Source: Candidatus Eiseniibacteriota bacterium
GTDB taxonomy: Bacteria > Eisenbacteria > RBG-16-71-46
Reading direction: 5' to 3'
Assembly: GCA_963725865.1 (NCBI GenBank)
Contig: CAVSAC010000012.1
Span: 1,056,001 to 1,120,000 of the forward strand
DNA: 64,000 bases
The notes beneath the pieces are model-generated. The model was not told the DNA's origin. It made no database searches and worked only from the letters and a program-made list of their open reading frames with translations. Of the stretch, positions 1-9,107 are shown one piece after another; positions within the stretch are counted from its first letter, which is position 1; each line of letters starts with the position of its first letter. A program made the position numbers and the translations under genes.

Positions 1-47
1 AGTACGCCCTGGCCGCCCACGCCCGCGAGGATGATGTCGTAGTTCAC
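1..47 (-). CDS. iorB: Indolepyruvate/arylpyruvate:ferredoxin oxidoreductase beta subunit, 5' end only (runs off the window)
   Basis: Not in the ORF track. GTG at 47-45 overlaps the iorA stop (GTGA) and reads (M)NYDIILAGVGGQGV, the typical IorB N-terminus. Confidence 0.85.
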   Translation of the reverse strand, partial: MNYDIILAGVGGQGV

Positions 48-1654
48 GCCGGGACCTCCGCCTCACGCCGCTTGCGCTTCGCGGTCTGTACGCATTCCTT
101 CACCGCCACCACGACCGAGAGGCCGTGGTGCTCGATCTCCTCCCGCAGCAGCGCGGCGTTCTGCTTCAGGAGCTTCGGGGTGGCTTCGATCAGCCGGCAG
201 TGCGCCGGATCCACCCCGACGCCCAGCACGATCGCATGCAGGCGGGAGGCGGGCAGCAGCGGCTGCTGGCCGCCGGTCATCGCGGTGGCCTCGTTGTCGA
301 GGATGAGCACCGTCATGTCGGTGTCCTCGGCGACCGCGTCGAGCAGGGGCGTGATGCCCGAGTGCAGGAACGTGCTGTCGCCGATCACCGCCACCACCGG
401 CCGATAGCCGGCGTCGGCCGCGCCCTTCGCCATCCCGATCGAAGCGCCCATGCAGACGCACGACTCGATCGCGGAGTAGGGCGGCAGCGCGCCAAGCGTG
501 TAGCAGCCGATGTCGGCCGTCACCATGTGCGCGTCGATTCCCTCCATCGCGCGGTGCAGCGCGTGGTACATGGTGCCGTGCGCGCAGCCCGCGCACAGCT
601 GCGGCGGGCGGTTGGGGAGCGCCACCCCGTTCAGGTTCATCACCTCGCGAGCGGGCAGCCCGAGGGCGGCGCGCACGTTCTCGGGGGTCAGCTCGCCGTC
701 GGGCGGCAGTGTGCCGTCCATGCGCCCGCGCACCTCGAGCGTCTGCGGCAGGAGCCCGCGCAGCTGGCGCTCGACGAACGGGTAGCCGTCCTCGAGCACC
801 AGGATACGCGCGACGTGGGCGGCGAGACGGCGGATCGCCGCGATGGGCAGCGGCGAGGTGCCGATGTGCAGGTGCGACGGGGCGTGCGGCAGCTCGCCGA
901 CGGTCTCGCGGAAGTAGCCGCGGGCGATGCCGCAGGTGATCACGCCGAGCGCGCGATCGCCCTCCTCCAGCACGAGCGTGTTCCAGCGGGAGCGCTCGCT
1001 GGTGGCGAGCAGCTCGGGCTGGCGCTCGAGCAGCGCCCGCCACTGGCGCCGGGCGTTGCCGGGCAGCAGGATCCACGACTGGCGCGCGGGCGCGCGGCGG
1101 ATCGGGTTCGGCTCGCGTGGCTCGCCCACCTCGATCACCGTGCGGCTGTGCGCGAGGCGGGTCACCAGGCGCACCATCACCGGGATACGGAATCGCTCGG
1201 ACAGGTCGAAGGCCTCGACGGTCATGTCGTAGGCCTCCTGCTGGTCCGCCGGCTCGAGGCACACGATGCGCGCGAAGTCGGCGTAGAAGCGGCTGTCCTG
1301 CTCGTTCTGGGACGAGTGCATGCCGGGATCGTCGGCCACCGCGAGCACCAGCCCGCCGTGGACGTCGACGAGCGCGGCGTTCATGAACGGATCGGCGGCC
1401 ACGTTGAGGCCGACGTGCTTCATCGCGACCAGGGCGCGCCGGCCGGCGAAGGCGGTGCCCAGCGCGCATTCGAACGCTGTCTTCTCGTTGGCGCACCAGT
1501 TGGCATGGAGCCCGGCGTGCTCCGCTCGGTAGGACTGCAGGGCTTCCATGATCTCGGTGGACGGCGTGCCGGGGTAGGCGTATGCGGCGCTCAGCCCGGC
1601 GTGGACCGCGCCGAGCGCGACGGCCTCATCTCCGAGCAAGATCCTCTGGGTCAT
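44..1654 (-). CDS. iorA: Indolepyruvate/arylpyruvate:ferredoxin oxidoreductase alpha subunit (TPP-dependent)
   Basis: Start reassigned to MTQRILLGDEA. Motifs YPGTPSTE, NEKTA, MKHVGLNVAADP, DDPGMHSSQNEQD, RPPQLCAGC, DIGCYTLG, GDSTFLHSG. No C-terminal ferredoxin domain. Confidence 0.92.
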   Translation of the reverse strand: MTQRILLGDEAVALGAVHAGLSAAYAYPGTPSTEIMEALQSYRAEHAGLHANWCANEKTAFECALGTAFAGRRALVAMKHVGLNVAADPFMNAALVDVHGGLVLAVADDPGMHSSQNEQDSRFYADFARIVCLEPADQQEAYDMTVEAFDLSERFRIPVMVRLVTRLAHSRTVIEVGEPREPNPIRRAPARQSWILLPGNARRQWRALLERQPELLATSERSRWNTLVLEEGDRALGVITCGIARGYFRETVGELPHAPSHLHIGTSPLPIAAIRRLAAHVARILVLEDGYPFVERQLRGLLPQTLEVRGRMDGTLPPDGELTPENVRAALGLPAREVMNLNGVALPNRPPQLCAGCAHGTMYHALHRAMEGIDAHMVTADIGCYTLGALPPYSAIESCVCMGASIGMAKGAADAGYRPVVAVIGDSTFLHSGITPLLDAVAEDTDMTVLILDNEATAMTGGQQPLLPASRLHAIVLGVGVDPAHCRLIEATPKLLKQNAALLREEIEHHGLSVVVAVKECVQTAKRKRREAEVPA

Positions 1655-1785
1655 GCGAAGCCTCCGTGCGGGGGCGAGGGGCCCTGCGCGCCCCAGATTA
1701 GGCGCTGGCGCGACCCGGCACAACCGCGGCCCGGCGGCGCGGAACGCCCCCGGACCGCTCCCGCGCCGCGCGCCGACCCGACGGC

Positions 1786-2934
1786 TCAGTCGACCCCGAC
1801 GGTCTCCGTGACCATCACGTTCGTCGCCACGCCGGGGCCGAAGAAGCGGCTCTCCAGCTCCGCCCACTTCCATTCGCTCTGGCCGTTCGCCTCGAGTTCC
1901 TTGCGCGAGCGGGCGATCTCGTCCTGGTACCACGCGACCACCGGCTTGCCGATGCGCAGGCCGTCGAGCTCGGCCGCCAGGTTGCTGGGACGCACCAGGC
2001 AGACCCAGCCGCGATCGTAGGGGCTCTGGACGATCAGCGAGGCGGAGCCCTTCAGGGCCTCGTTCACCTGGGTGATCTCACCGCTGATGGGGGCGAGCAG
2101 GTGCGCCACCTGGGCGCCGCGGCGCACGGTGAACAGCGGCTCGCCGCGCCGGACCGTCGTGCCGACCGCCGGCACTTCGACGCGGTCGACGGCTTTCAGG
2201 TGCTTGCGCGCGAAGTCGTCCATCCCGGTCCACACCTGGCCGGCCGGGTCGATGCGGGCCCAGGTGTGTCCCGGGTACACGAACGCGCCGCCGGGCACGC
2301 AGTACTCGCCACTGGCGACCACCTCGGCCACCGCGGGCGCGACCACCCGGACGGTCGGGCGCCGCTGCGCCTCCATGCGGGCCTCGCGCTTGATGACGAG
2401 CCGGTTCGTGATCGCGACCAGCTCCTCCTCGGTGAACGGCTTCTGCACGTAGTCGATCGCGCCGAACTGCATGGTCTCGACCGCGGTCTCGATGGTGCCG
2501 TAGCCGGTGATCACCACGACGTCCATGTCCGGACGCAGGTGCTTCGCGGCCTTGACCACCTCGACTCCGTTCATCACCGGCATCTTGAGATCGGTGAACA
2601 GGAAGTCGTAGTCGCGGGCCCGCAGCAGCGACAGCGCCTCGGGACCGTTGTCCACGGTGTCGACGCTGAAGCCCGCGAGCACCAGGATCTTGCGGAAGCT
2701 GTCGAGGATGATGTGCTCGTCGTCGACCGCCAGGATGCGGGCCCGCGCCTGCGGCACCTCGGCGCGCTGGAGGCTCTTCGCCTCGTCCGCGAACGTCAGT
2801 TGGACGGAACTCTTCAGGACGGCCTCGCGTTCTCGATGCTGGCGCGCGGCCTCCATCCGCTTGGTGGTCGACCGCACGACGAGGTCGGCGACGACGAAGG
2901 CGACGAACAGCAGGATGATCAGGACGGCGGTCAT
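1786..2934 (-). CDS. Membrane-anchored response-regulator receiver fused to a glycine-cleavage-H-like domain (no lipoyl Lys)
   Basis: N-terminal hydrophobic helix. REC motifs AVDDE, TDLKMP, ITGY, YVQKPF. C-terminal HTWA..GMDDFA..APISGEITQVN..SPYDRGW matches the H-protein fold. Confidence 0.85.
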   Translation of the reverse strand: MTAVLIILLFVAFVVADLVVRSTTKRMEAARQHREREAVLKSSVQLTFADEAKSLQRAEVPQARARILAVDDEHIILDSFRKILVLAGFSVDTVDNGPEALSLLRARDYDFLFTDLKMPVMNGVEVVKAAKHLRPDMDVVVITGYGTIETAVETMQFGAIDYVQKPFTEEELVAITNRLVIKREARMEAQRRPTVRVVAPAVAEVVASGEYCVPGGAFVYPGHTWARIDPAGQVWTGMDDFARKHLKAVDRVEVPAVGTTVRRGEPLFTVRRGAQVAHLLAPISGEITQVNEALKGSASLIVQSPYDRGWVCLVRPSNLAAELDGLRIGKPVVAWYQDEIARSRKELEANGQSEWKWAELESRFFGPGVATNVMVTETVGVD

Positions 2935-3329
2935 GACGTGGGTTCCTCACCGGCGACGTCCGGGTGGGACAGGACGTGCCGAACCAGGGTCAGCAACTCG
3001 GAATCGTCGAAAGGCTTGGGCAGGAACGCCGTCGCCCCCGCGGAGAGGACCAGCTCCTCGTGGGCGGGCGTGGCGTACCCGGTGATCATCACGATCGGCA
3101 ACCGCGGACGGCGCTCGCGCACCGCCTGCAGCACTTCGAGGCCCGAACGTCCGGGCAACATCAGATCGCAGATGAGGAGTCGACAGTGATCGAGGGCCGG
3201 ATGCGCGAGCGCGGTCTCGGCGTCGGGCACGGTGGTGACCTCGAATCCCTCGTAGCGCAGCACCATGCGGACGGCTTCCGTCACGACCGGCTCGTCGTCG
3301 ACCACGAGCACATCGCATGCATCGGTCAC
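2931..3329 (-). CDS. Single-domain response regulator (receiver)
   Basis: GTG overlaps the kinase stop. VLVVDDE, CDLMLPG, ITGY, FLPKPF. Its stop overlaps the next ATG. Confidence 0.85.
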   Translation of the reverse strand: MTDACDVLVVDDEPVVTEAVRMVLRYEGFEVTTVPDAETALAHPALDHCRLLICDLMLPGRSGLEVLQAVRERRPRLPIVMITGYATPAHEELVLSAGATAFLPKPFDDSELLTLVRHVLSHPDVAGEEPTS

Positions 3330-5368
3330 GGCGTACCTCCCGGTTCCTGCGGAGTGGTGCCGCTCGCGGGCGTCGCCGACCGCGGCGCGACCGGCGCCAC
3401 GAGACCGGGTCCCGTCATGCCGCGGGCGTCGGGCATCGGGACGCGGCGGGGGGCGTTCGCCGGATCGGCGCCGGGCGCGCCCGGACCGGCCGGCTCGGCG
3501 ACCTCGAATGGGAGTCGGACGGTGAAGCGGGTGCCCTGGCCGGGCTCGCTCTGGACCGTGATCGCGCCACCGTGCCCCTCGATGATGCCCCACGTCACGG
3601 CCAGGCCGAGCCCGGTGCCGCGCGTGCCCTTGGTCGAGAAGAAGGGCTCGAAGATCCGGTCCATCTCCTCCGGCGTGATGCCACGCCCGGTGTCCGAGAC
3701 CTCGATCTGCGCGAAGGGCCGCGGACCGCGCGCGTCCATCGCCGCCCAGTGGCCGCCGTGGCAGCCCTTGCGCGTGCACCACTCCACCTGGCCGAGGCCG
3801 GCGACCTGCACGGCGAACAAGGGGGCTCCGCATTCGTCGCAGCGACGGTCGGGCACCTCGAGCTTGGCGCGGCAGGTGGGGCACATGTGGGTCCCGATCA
3901 CGCCCTCCTCGCAGGGCTCCGCCGCGCGGTGGTTCGCGCGCCCGTACAGCGGGTCGAGGTGGAAGACGACCTCGCGGTCCCCGGTGCGGCGCAGCACGCG
4001 GATGGTCGGCACGCCCGAGAGGCGCACGCTCTTGTCGAGCAGATCGCAGCCCTTGGGACACGCCGCGGCGCGGATGAGGGCGTTCCCGCGCGGCATCACG
4101 TCGATCGCCGACGTGCGCACCGAGATGGAGCCGCCCTGCGACGCGTCGTTCCCGGCGATGGCGTCGGCCGCATTGAGCACCAGGTTCACCATCACCTGCT
4201 GGATCTGATTGGCGTCGATCGGCACCGGGGGCAGGTCGGGATCGAGCTCGAGGCCGATGTTCACGCGCGCGAGCGTGAGCTGGTTCATGACGATGGTGGT
4301 CGCGCGCTTGACCACGTCGCGCAGGTCGGTGAGCTGGCGGTGGGGTGGGGTCTGGCGCGCGAAATCGAGCAGGCCGCGCACGATCTCACGGCAGCGCTTG
4401 GTCTCGCGCACGATCACCTCGAGGTCCGCGCTGGCCTCGGTGTTCCCCTCCGAGCGCTTGAGCAGGAACGACGCGTACGTGAGCACGCCCGTCAGCGGGT
4501 TGTTGATCTCGTGGGCCACCCCGGCCGCGAGCCGCCCGACCGAGGCGAGCTTGTCGGACTGCGCGAGCTGACGCTGCGCCTCGCTCAGGCGCTTCGTCAT
4601 GTCGTTGAATGCGCGTGCGAGATCGCCCAGCTCGTGTCCCGCGGTGGCGGGGATGGTGGTCGAGAGATCGCCGGCCGCCACGCGCCGGGTGCCCGCGATC
4701 AGCGCGCGCACCGGGCGCAGGATCAGTTTCCCGCTCAGCCACCACAGCAGCAGGCTGCTCGCCGCGATGGCGAGAACCGCGAGCAGGATCAGCTGGCTTC
4801 GGTCGTGGGCGATCTGGCGATCGGCGTTGGCGAGCGAGAGGTTCACGTCGAGCACGCCCAGCACCACTTCGCTGCGGGAGTGGGCATGGCAGGCGGCGTT
4901 CCAGCAGCTCCGCTCGTTGTGGATCGGGCGGATCATGCCGAGCACGCGGTGGCCGTCGGTCGCCCGGTAGACGCGCGCGCGGGCGTGCATCGGCAGCCGC
5001 TCGAGCGGGCGGCCCGCCGCGTGGCACGCGTAGCAGGCCTCCGCGTTCTTGTCGAGGGCGCGGCCGATCTCGGCCTCGTCGGTCGAGAACATCACCGTGC
5101 CCACCTTGTTGAACAGCCGGACCTTCTCGATGCCCTCCTGGTGGCCGATGGTGACGATCTGGCGGTGGACCGCGTCGCGCTGATTCGCGAGCATGTCGTA
5201 GTACATGCTGCTCGCGATGGTCTCGCTCAACTGGTCCGCGCCGCGCGTGAGCTGGGCGATCAACGCCCCCTGGTGGGCGTTGATGATGACGCCGGACATC
5301 AGGCTGATGACCAGTGCGGTCACCAGCGCGACTCCCAGGATCGCCAACGTGCCGATGCCCGGCCTCAT
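3326..5368 (-). CDS. Sensor histidine kinase: periplasmic heme-c motifs, HAMP, HisKA, HATPase with a Cys-rich insert
   Basis: Start at MRPGIGTLAILG. Two TM helices, CYACH and CWNAACH, HAMP, AHEINNPL, NLVLNAADA, DTGRGI, FEPFFSTK, GTGLGL. Confidence 0.9.
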   Translation of the reverse strand: MRPGIGTLAILGVALVTALVISLMSGVIINAHQGALIAQLTRGADQLSETIASSMYYDMLANQRDAVHRQIVTIGHQEGIEKVRLFNKVGTVMFSTDEAEIGRALDKNAEACYACHAAGRPLERLPMHARARVYRATDGHRVLGMIRPIHNERSCWNAACHAHSRSEVVLGVLDVNLSLANADRQIAHDRSQLILLAVLAIAASSLLLWWLSGKLILRPVRALIAGTRRVAAGDLSTTIPATAGHELGDLARAFNDMTKRLSEAQRQLAQSDKLASVGRLAAGVAHEINNPLTGVLTYASFLLKRSEGNTEASADLEVIVRETKRCREIVRGLLDFARQTPPHRQLTDLRDVVKRATTIVMNQLTLARVNIGLELDPDLPPVPIDANQIQQVMVNLVLNAADAIAGNDASQGGSISVRTSAIDVMPRGNALIRAAACPKGCDLLDKSVRLSGVPTIRVLRRTGDREVVFHLDPLYGRANHRAAEPCEEGVIGTHMCPTCRAKLEVPDRRCDECGAPLFAVQVAGLGQVEWCTRKGCHGGHWAAMDARGPRPFAQIEVSDTGRGITPEEMDRIFEPFFSTKGTRGTGLGLAVTWGIIEGHGGAITVQSEPGQGTRFTVRLPFEVAEPAGPGAPGADPANAPRRVPMPDARGMTGPGLVAPVAPRSATPASGTTPQEPGGTP

Positions 5369-5372
5369 CGCG

Positions 5373-6548
5373 TCACCCCCGCGCCGACCGGGCCGGCGCC
5401 GGGCGGGAACCGGCCCCCGCGCCGTGCTCGGGGAAGATGGGGAGGTACCGCACCGCCAGGGCGAACGCCGCGAATCCGATCGCGACCAGTCCGACCGACA
5501 CCACGACCTCCATCCACGTCGGGGTGTAGTGGACACCGCTCGATCGCTCGAACGCCGTCACGCTGACGTTGAGCCGGTGCATGATGAAGCCGAGCACCGC
5601 GAGCGTGGCGCCCGCCACCAGCCCGCGCGGCGAGGTGCGGATGCGCGGCCACACGAGCAAGGCGATCGGCAGGATCACGCCGAGCCCGAATTCGGCCTGG
5701 AACATCCGCGATTCGTAGGTGGAGGCGAACGCGAGGTGGAGGACGCCGGCGCCCGCCAGCATCTGCAGGCGCAGCACGCCGAACAGCGCGAGCACGACCA
5801 CCATCGCGCGGCCCAGCGGCTCGAGCAGCTCCATCTCGAGCTCGCGCCCGAACGCGCGGCCGCTCAGGTAGGACTCGGCGATGATCATGCCGAGGCCCGC
5901 ACCGATCGCCGAGACGTAGAACTGCACCGGCAGGTACGGCGAGTACCAGAGCGGGTGCAGCTTCTCGGGCGTGATGAGGTAGAGCGACCCGAGCGACGAC
6001 TGGTGCAGCGTGGAGAGCAGCACGCCCAGGATGACGAGCGGCGTGTTCAGGTTGTGCAGGAACCTGCGGGCGCCGTCGAGCCGGAACCGTTCGAAGATCA
6101 CCGGCATGAACTCGAGCGTGAGCACCGTCGTGTAGAGCATCACGCACCACGCGACCTCGAACATCACCGAGTGCGGGTTCCAGAACACGGCCGCGTGCCA
6201 GATCCGCCACGGCTGGCCGAGGTCGAACATCAGCGCGATGCAGACGAACACGTAGCCGAGGAATCCTGTCAGCACGGTGGGACGGACGATCGGCTCGAAG
6301 CGGTGGATGTTGAACAGGTGGACCGTCGCCATGATGGTGAACGCGCCGGCAGCGAGGCCGACGCCGCACAGGATGTCGAAGCCGATCCACAGCCCCCACG
6401 GGAACTGGTCGCTCAGGTTCGTCGTCGCGCCCAGCCCTTTCGAGAAGCGCAGGAACGTGACGTACAGGAACGCCGCGAGGATGACGAAGAAGACGGCCAC
6501 CCAGAAGCTCGGCCGCGCCCGGCGCGGTGCGCTCAGTGCGACGCTCAT
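5373..6548 (-). CDS. NrfD/PsrC-family (HybB/HmcC-like) quinone-interacting membrane subunit
   Basis: TNLSDQFPWGLWIGFD, DLGQPWRIWH, SVMFEVAWC, STLHQSSLG, KLHPLW and many TM helices. ATG overlaps the upstream stop. Confidence 0.9.
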   Translation of the reverse strand: MSVALSAPRRARPSFWVAVFFVILAAFLYVTFLRFSKGLGATTNLSDQFPWGLWIGFDILCGVGLAAGAFTIMATVHLFNIHRFEPIVRPTVLTGFLGYVFVCIALMFDLGQPWRIWHAAVFWNPHSVMFEVAWCVMLYTTVLTLEFMPVIFERFRLDGARRFLHNLNTPLVILGVLLSTLHQSSLGSLYLITPEKLHPLWYSPYLPVQFYVSAIGAGLGMIIAESYLSGRAFGRELEMELLEPLGRAMVVVLALFGVLRLQMLAGAGVLHLAFASTYESRMFQAEFGLGVILPIALLVWPRIRTSPRGLVAGATLAVLGFIMHRLNVSVTAFERSSGVHYTPTWMEVVVSVGLVAIGFAAFALAVRYLPIFPEHGAGAGSRPAPARSARG

Positions 6549-7333
6549 GACCTGCCTCCCCCGACGCCGTGCGCCGGTGTCGGCGGCTCGACCGGACCGT
6601 CGCCGCCTTCGATCGTCTGCACGTACGTGCGACGCTTGGTGATCCAGTAGATGCCGTAGAGGAACACGGCCGCGAACACGACGACGTCCGGCAGGTGCGA
6701 CAGCACCCGCCAGGTGGTCTCCGGCAGCGGCTCGCGCGGCAGGTTGACGGGAAGCCCGAGCTGCTGGAACGGGACGCCGGAGAGCATCAGCACCGAGGTG
6801 CCTCCGGCCTCGTCGAGGCCGTAGATCTGGTCGACGTAGCGCGAGGGTTCCTGGGCGATGCGCTGGCGCGCCTCGCGCACGAGGGCGTCGCGCTCGCCGA
6901 ACTTCGTGGCGCCGGTGGGACACACCGAGGCGCACGCGGTGGGCAGGCCCTCGGCGATGCGGGGCGCGCACATCACGCACTTGCCGACGATCGGGATGGC
7001 GCGGTCCCACTGGTATTTCGGCACCCCGAACGGGCACGCCATGATGCAGTAGCGGCATCCGATGCAGAGCTTGGAGTCGTACACGACCGGACCGGTGGGG
7101 GTCTTCTTCATCGCGCCGACCGGGCACACGGACACGCACGTCGGCGTGAGGCAGTGCATGCACAGGCGCCGGACGTTCGCCCCGCCGCGGTTCTCGACCA
7201 CCGTCCAGGTGTAGGCGGTCGGCTTCTCCTCGAGCGGCTTCGGCAGCTGGTTCTGCTCCTTGCAGGCCGCCGAGCAGGCGCCGCAGCCGATGCAGCGCGT
7301 GGAGTCGAACAGGATCCCGAATCGCTTGGTCAT
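6545..7333 (-). CDS. HybA/HmcB-like 4x[4Fe-4S] protein with a C-terminal membrane anchor
   Basis: Start at MTKRFGILFDSTRCIGC. Cys groups CIGCGACSAAC, CMHC..CVSVCP, CIGCRYCIMACP, CVMC..CASVCP, then AGGTSVL and a TM helix. Confidence 0.9.
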   Translation of the reverse strand: MTKRFGILFDSTRCIGCGACSAACKEQNQLPKPLEEKPTAYTWTVVENRGGANVRRLCMHCLTPTCVSVCPVGAMKKTPTGPVVYDSKLCIGCRYCIMACPFGVPKYQWDRAIPIVGKCVMCAPRIAEGLPTACASVCPTGATKFGERDALVREARQRIAQEPSRYVDQIYGLDEAGGTSVLMLSGVPFQQLGLPVNLPREPLPETTWRVLSHLPDVVVFAAVFLYGIYWITKRRTYVQTIEGGDGPVEPPTPAHGVGGGRS

Positions 7334-8094
7334 CGGCCGGCTCCGTTCTCGCGGTGGCAGCGCGTGCAGGTCTCGGGGTCCTCGGCGGCGAACGCCCGTT
7401 TGCCGTCGTGGCAGGCGCCGCAGGCGTCGCGTTCGTGCATGCCGCCGCCCGGGCGGGGTGCCGTGGCCGCCATGCGGAACCGTTTCGGGTGGCAACTGGC
7501 GCAGGTGGCGTCGCCGCGCATGTGGCTCTGGTGGCGGAACGTGACCGGGCCGGGCGAGTTCTCGCTGGGTGGATAGGTGTGCGGTGCGGGCAACTTGGCC
7601 GCGGTCGCGCCCGCGGCCGTCGGGGCCGCGCTCGCCGCCGCCGGCCGCGTGCCCGTGTGGCAGGTGCGGCACGACGACGAATCGGTCACCGCGAACGCCT
7701 GCTTGCCGTCGTGGCAGGTCCCGCACGAGCCCCCGCCGTTCATCACGGAGTGCAGCGGAAGTGGTCCGCGCTTGAGCATGGGAAACGTCTGCGGATGGCA
7801 GCCGGTGCAGCGGTTCTCGGCCAGCGCCACGTGGGTCTGGTGGCTGAACACGACCGCGCTGTCCCGGCCCTGGATCGTCCGGTAGACGATGTCGGCGGGC
7901 AGCCGCAGCTCGATCGGTGCCGCCGGAGCGGGAGGGGCCGCAGTACTGGGTGCCGCGCCGGCCGCGCCGAGCGGAAGCAGCAACAGGAACCATGGAGCGC
8001 ACCAGCCGCCCAGCGGCCGCGCTCGCCCCGTGGTGAAACGCAGCCCGTGCCCTTCGCCCTCCTGGGACGGCCTGGAAGTCCTGAGGTTTCGCAT
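7330..8094 (-). CDS. Periplasmic hexaheme cytochrome c (two c7-type triheme repeats)
   Basis: Six CxxCH motifs (CTGCH, CGTCH, CRTCH, CASCH, CGACH, CTRCH), two VxFxHxxH and two CHDGKxAF. Hydrophobic signal and GGAGA RBS. An alternative coupled ATG lies at 8235. Confidence 0.88.
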   Translation of the reverse strand: MRNLRTSRPSQEGEGHGLRFTTGRARPLGGWCAPWFLLLLPLGAAGAAPSTAAPPAPAAPIELRLPADIVYRTIQGRDSAVVFSHQTHVALAENRCTGCHPQTFPMLKRGPLPLHSVMNGGGSCGTCHDGKQAFAVTDSSSCRTCHTGTRPAAASAAPTAAGATAAKLPAPHTYPPSENSPGPVTFRHQSHMRGDATCASCHPKRFRMAATAPRPGGGMHERDACGACHDGKRAFAAEDPETCTRCHRENGAGR

Positions 8095-8231
8095 GTCTCC
8101 ACCATTCCATCCGCGGGCGCCGGTCGTGCGGGGGAGGGAGCCGTGGAACTCGGCCCGTCCCGACGTCGTGACCGCGCGCGTCCCGGAGGTCACCGGTAGT
8201 GTCTGTGTGTGAGTCGCGAACATGAGTGCCT

Positions 8232-9005
8232 TCATCCGTACGTCCGGCGCACCAGCCTCAGATAGCGGGCCGGGCCCAGCGCGTCCGCGAGGGCGCGCAA
8301 CGTCGCGTTGTCGTCCTCGTCGTCCGACTTCGCGGAGCGGCTGCCGCGCTGCGCGCTCCGCAGTGTCTTGTGGAAGCGGGCGGACGCCGCGTCGTACAAC
8401 TCCGCGGCTTTCTCCGCCGTCATCAGCCGGCCGAGGTCCTTCGAGCCGGTGTCCGTCGTCACCTCGTAGAGCCAACCCTCGTCCAGCGGCCGCGTCGCGG
8501 CCAGGTGCGGGCGGTCGTGGAGCGCCGGGTTCGTGGCGTGGAGCGCGCCGCCGACCGGAGCGAGTACCCCGAACGTCCCGCCCTCGGTGACGATCCAGAA
8601 GTGAGTCGCTCCATGCAGGATCGCGGCTCCCGGATCGGTGTGGACCACGGCGCGCGGCGTGAGCAGCGCGGAGGCGAGCGCCGGTTCCAGACCCACGCGC
8701 CACACGGCGCGTCCTGCGGCCGGGTCCGCGACGCGCATCAGCCAGCAGTGCTCGCGGCTGTAGAGCCGGTCGTCGGGCAGATGGCGGTCGACGGGAGTGG
8801 ACGGCACCTGAGCGGCGGAGGGATCGATGCGCGGCACGGAACCGCGGCGCGTGTACATGCGCATCGCCTGGTCGAGCGGACAGTGCTCGCAGTCCAGCTG
8901 CCGATCGCAGAGCTGGTAGGACAGGATCCCCGCCGTCATCCAGACGCACTTCAACTCGTCCGGGGGGATCACATGGTGGCCGCCGTCCGATGTGGGCGTG
9001 GACAT
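8232..9005 (-). CDS. Glycine-cleavage-H-like protein with an N-terminal 4-Cys motif (no lipoyl Lys)
   Basis: CVWMTAGILSYQLCDRQLDCEHCPLD, then YSREHCW..RVGL..LAPVGG...N...PLDEGWLYEV. Confidence 0.75.
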   Translation of the reverse strand: MSTPTSDGGHHVIPPDELKCVWMTAGILSYQLCDRQLDCEHCPLDQAMRMYTRRGSVPRIDPSAAQVPSTPVDRHLPDDRLYSREHCWLMRVADPAAGRAVWRVGLEPALASALLTPRAVVHTDPGAAILHGATHFWIVTEGGTFGVLAPVGGALHATNPALHDRPHLAATRPLDEGWLYEVTTDTGSKDLGRLMTAEKAAELYDAASARFHKTLRSAQRGSRSAKSDDEDDNATLRALADALGPARYLRLVRRTYG

Positions 9006-9107
9006 GGCGCTCTTCGCGTCTCCCTGCGCGCCGTCCGGGCGCGCGTCCTCGCTGTCGCTTCGCGTCGTGCGCCCGCGTGGGCGCAGCTCTTCACGCCCTC
9101 TCTATAA

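Noticed and set aside
5373..7333. Hydrogenase-2 (hyb) operon
   Set aside because: No NiFe large or small subunit and no maturation genes in the window, so hyb symbols were not assigned.
6545..8110. A single 521-aa protein as given in the ORF track
   Set aside because: The upstream part overlaps the hexaheme cytochrome in another frame. The ATGA-coupled start at 7333 is more plausible.
1786..9005. Glycine cleavage system or sulfur-oxidation LbpA proteins
   Set aside because: No lipoyl Lys in either domain, and no gcvP/T/L, lipoate ligase or sHdr genes nearby.
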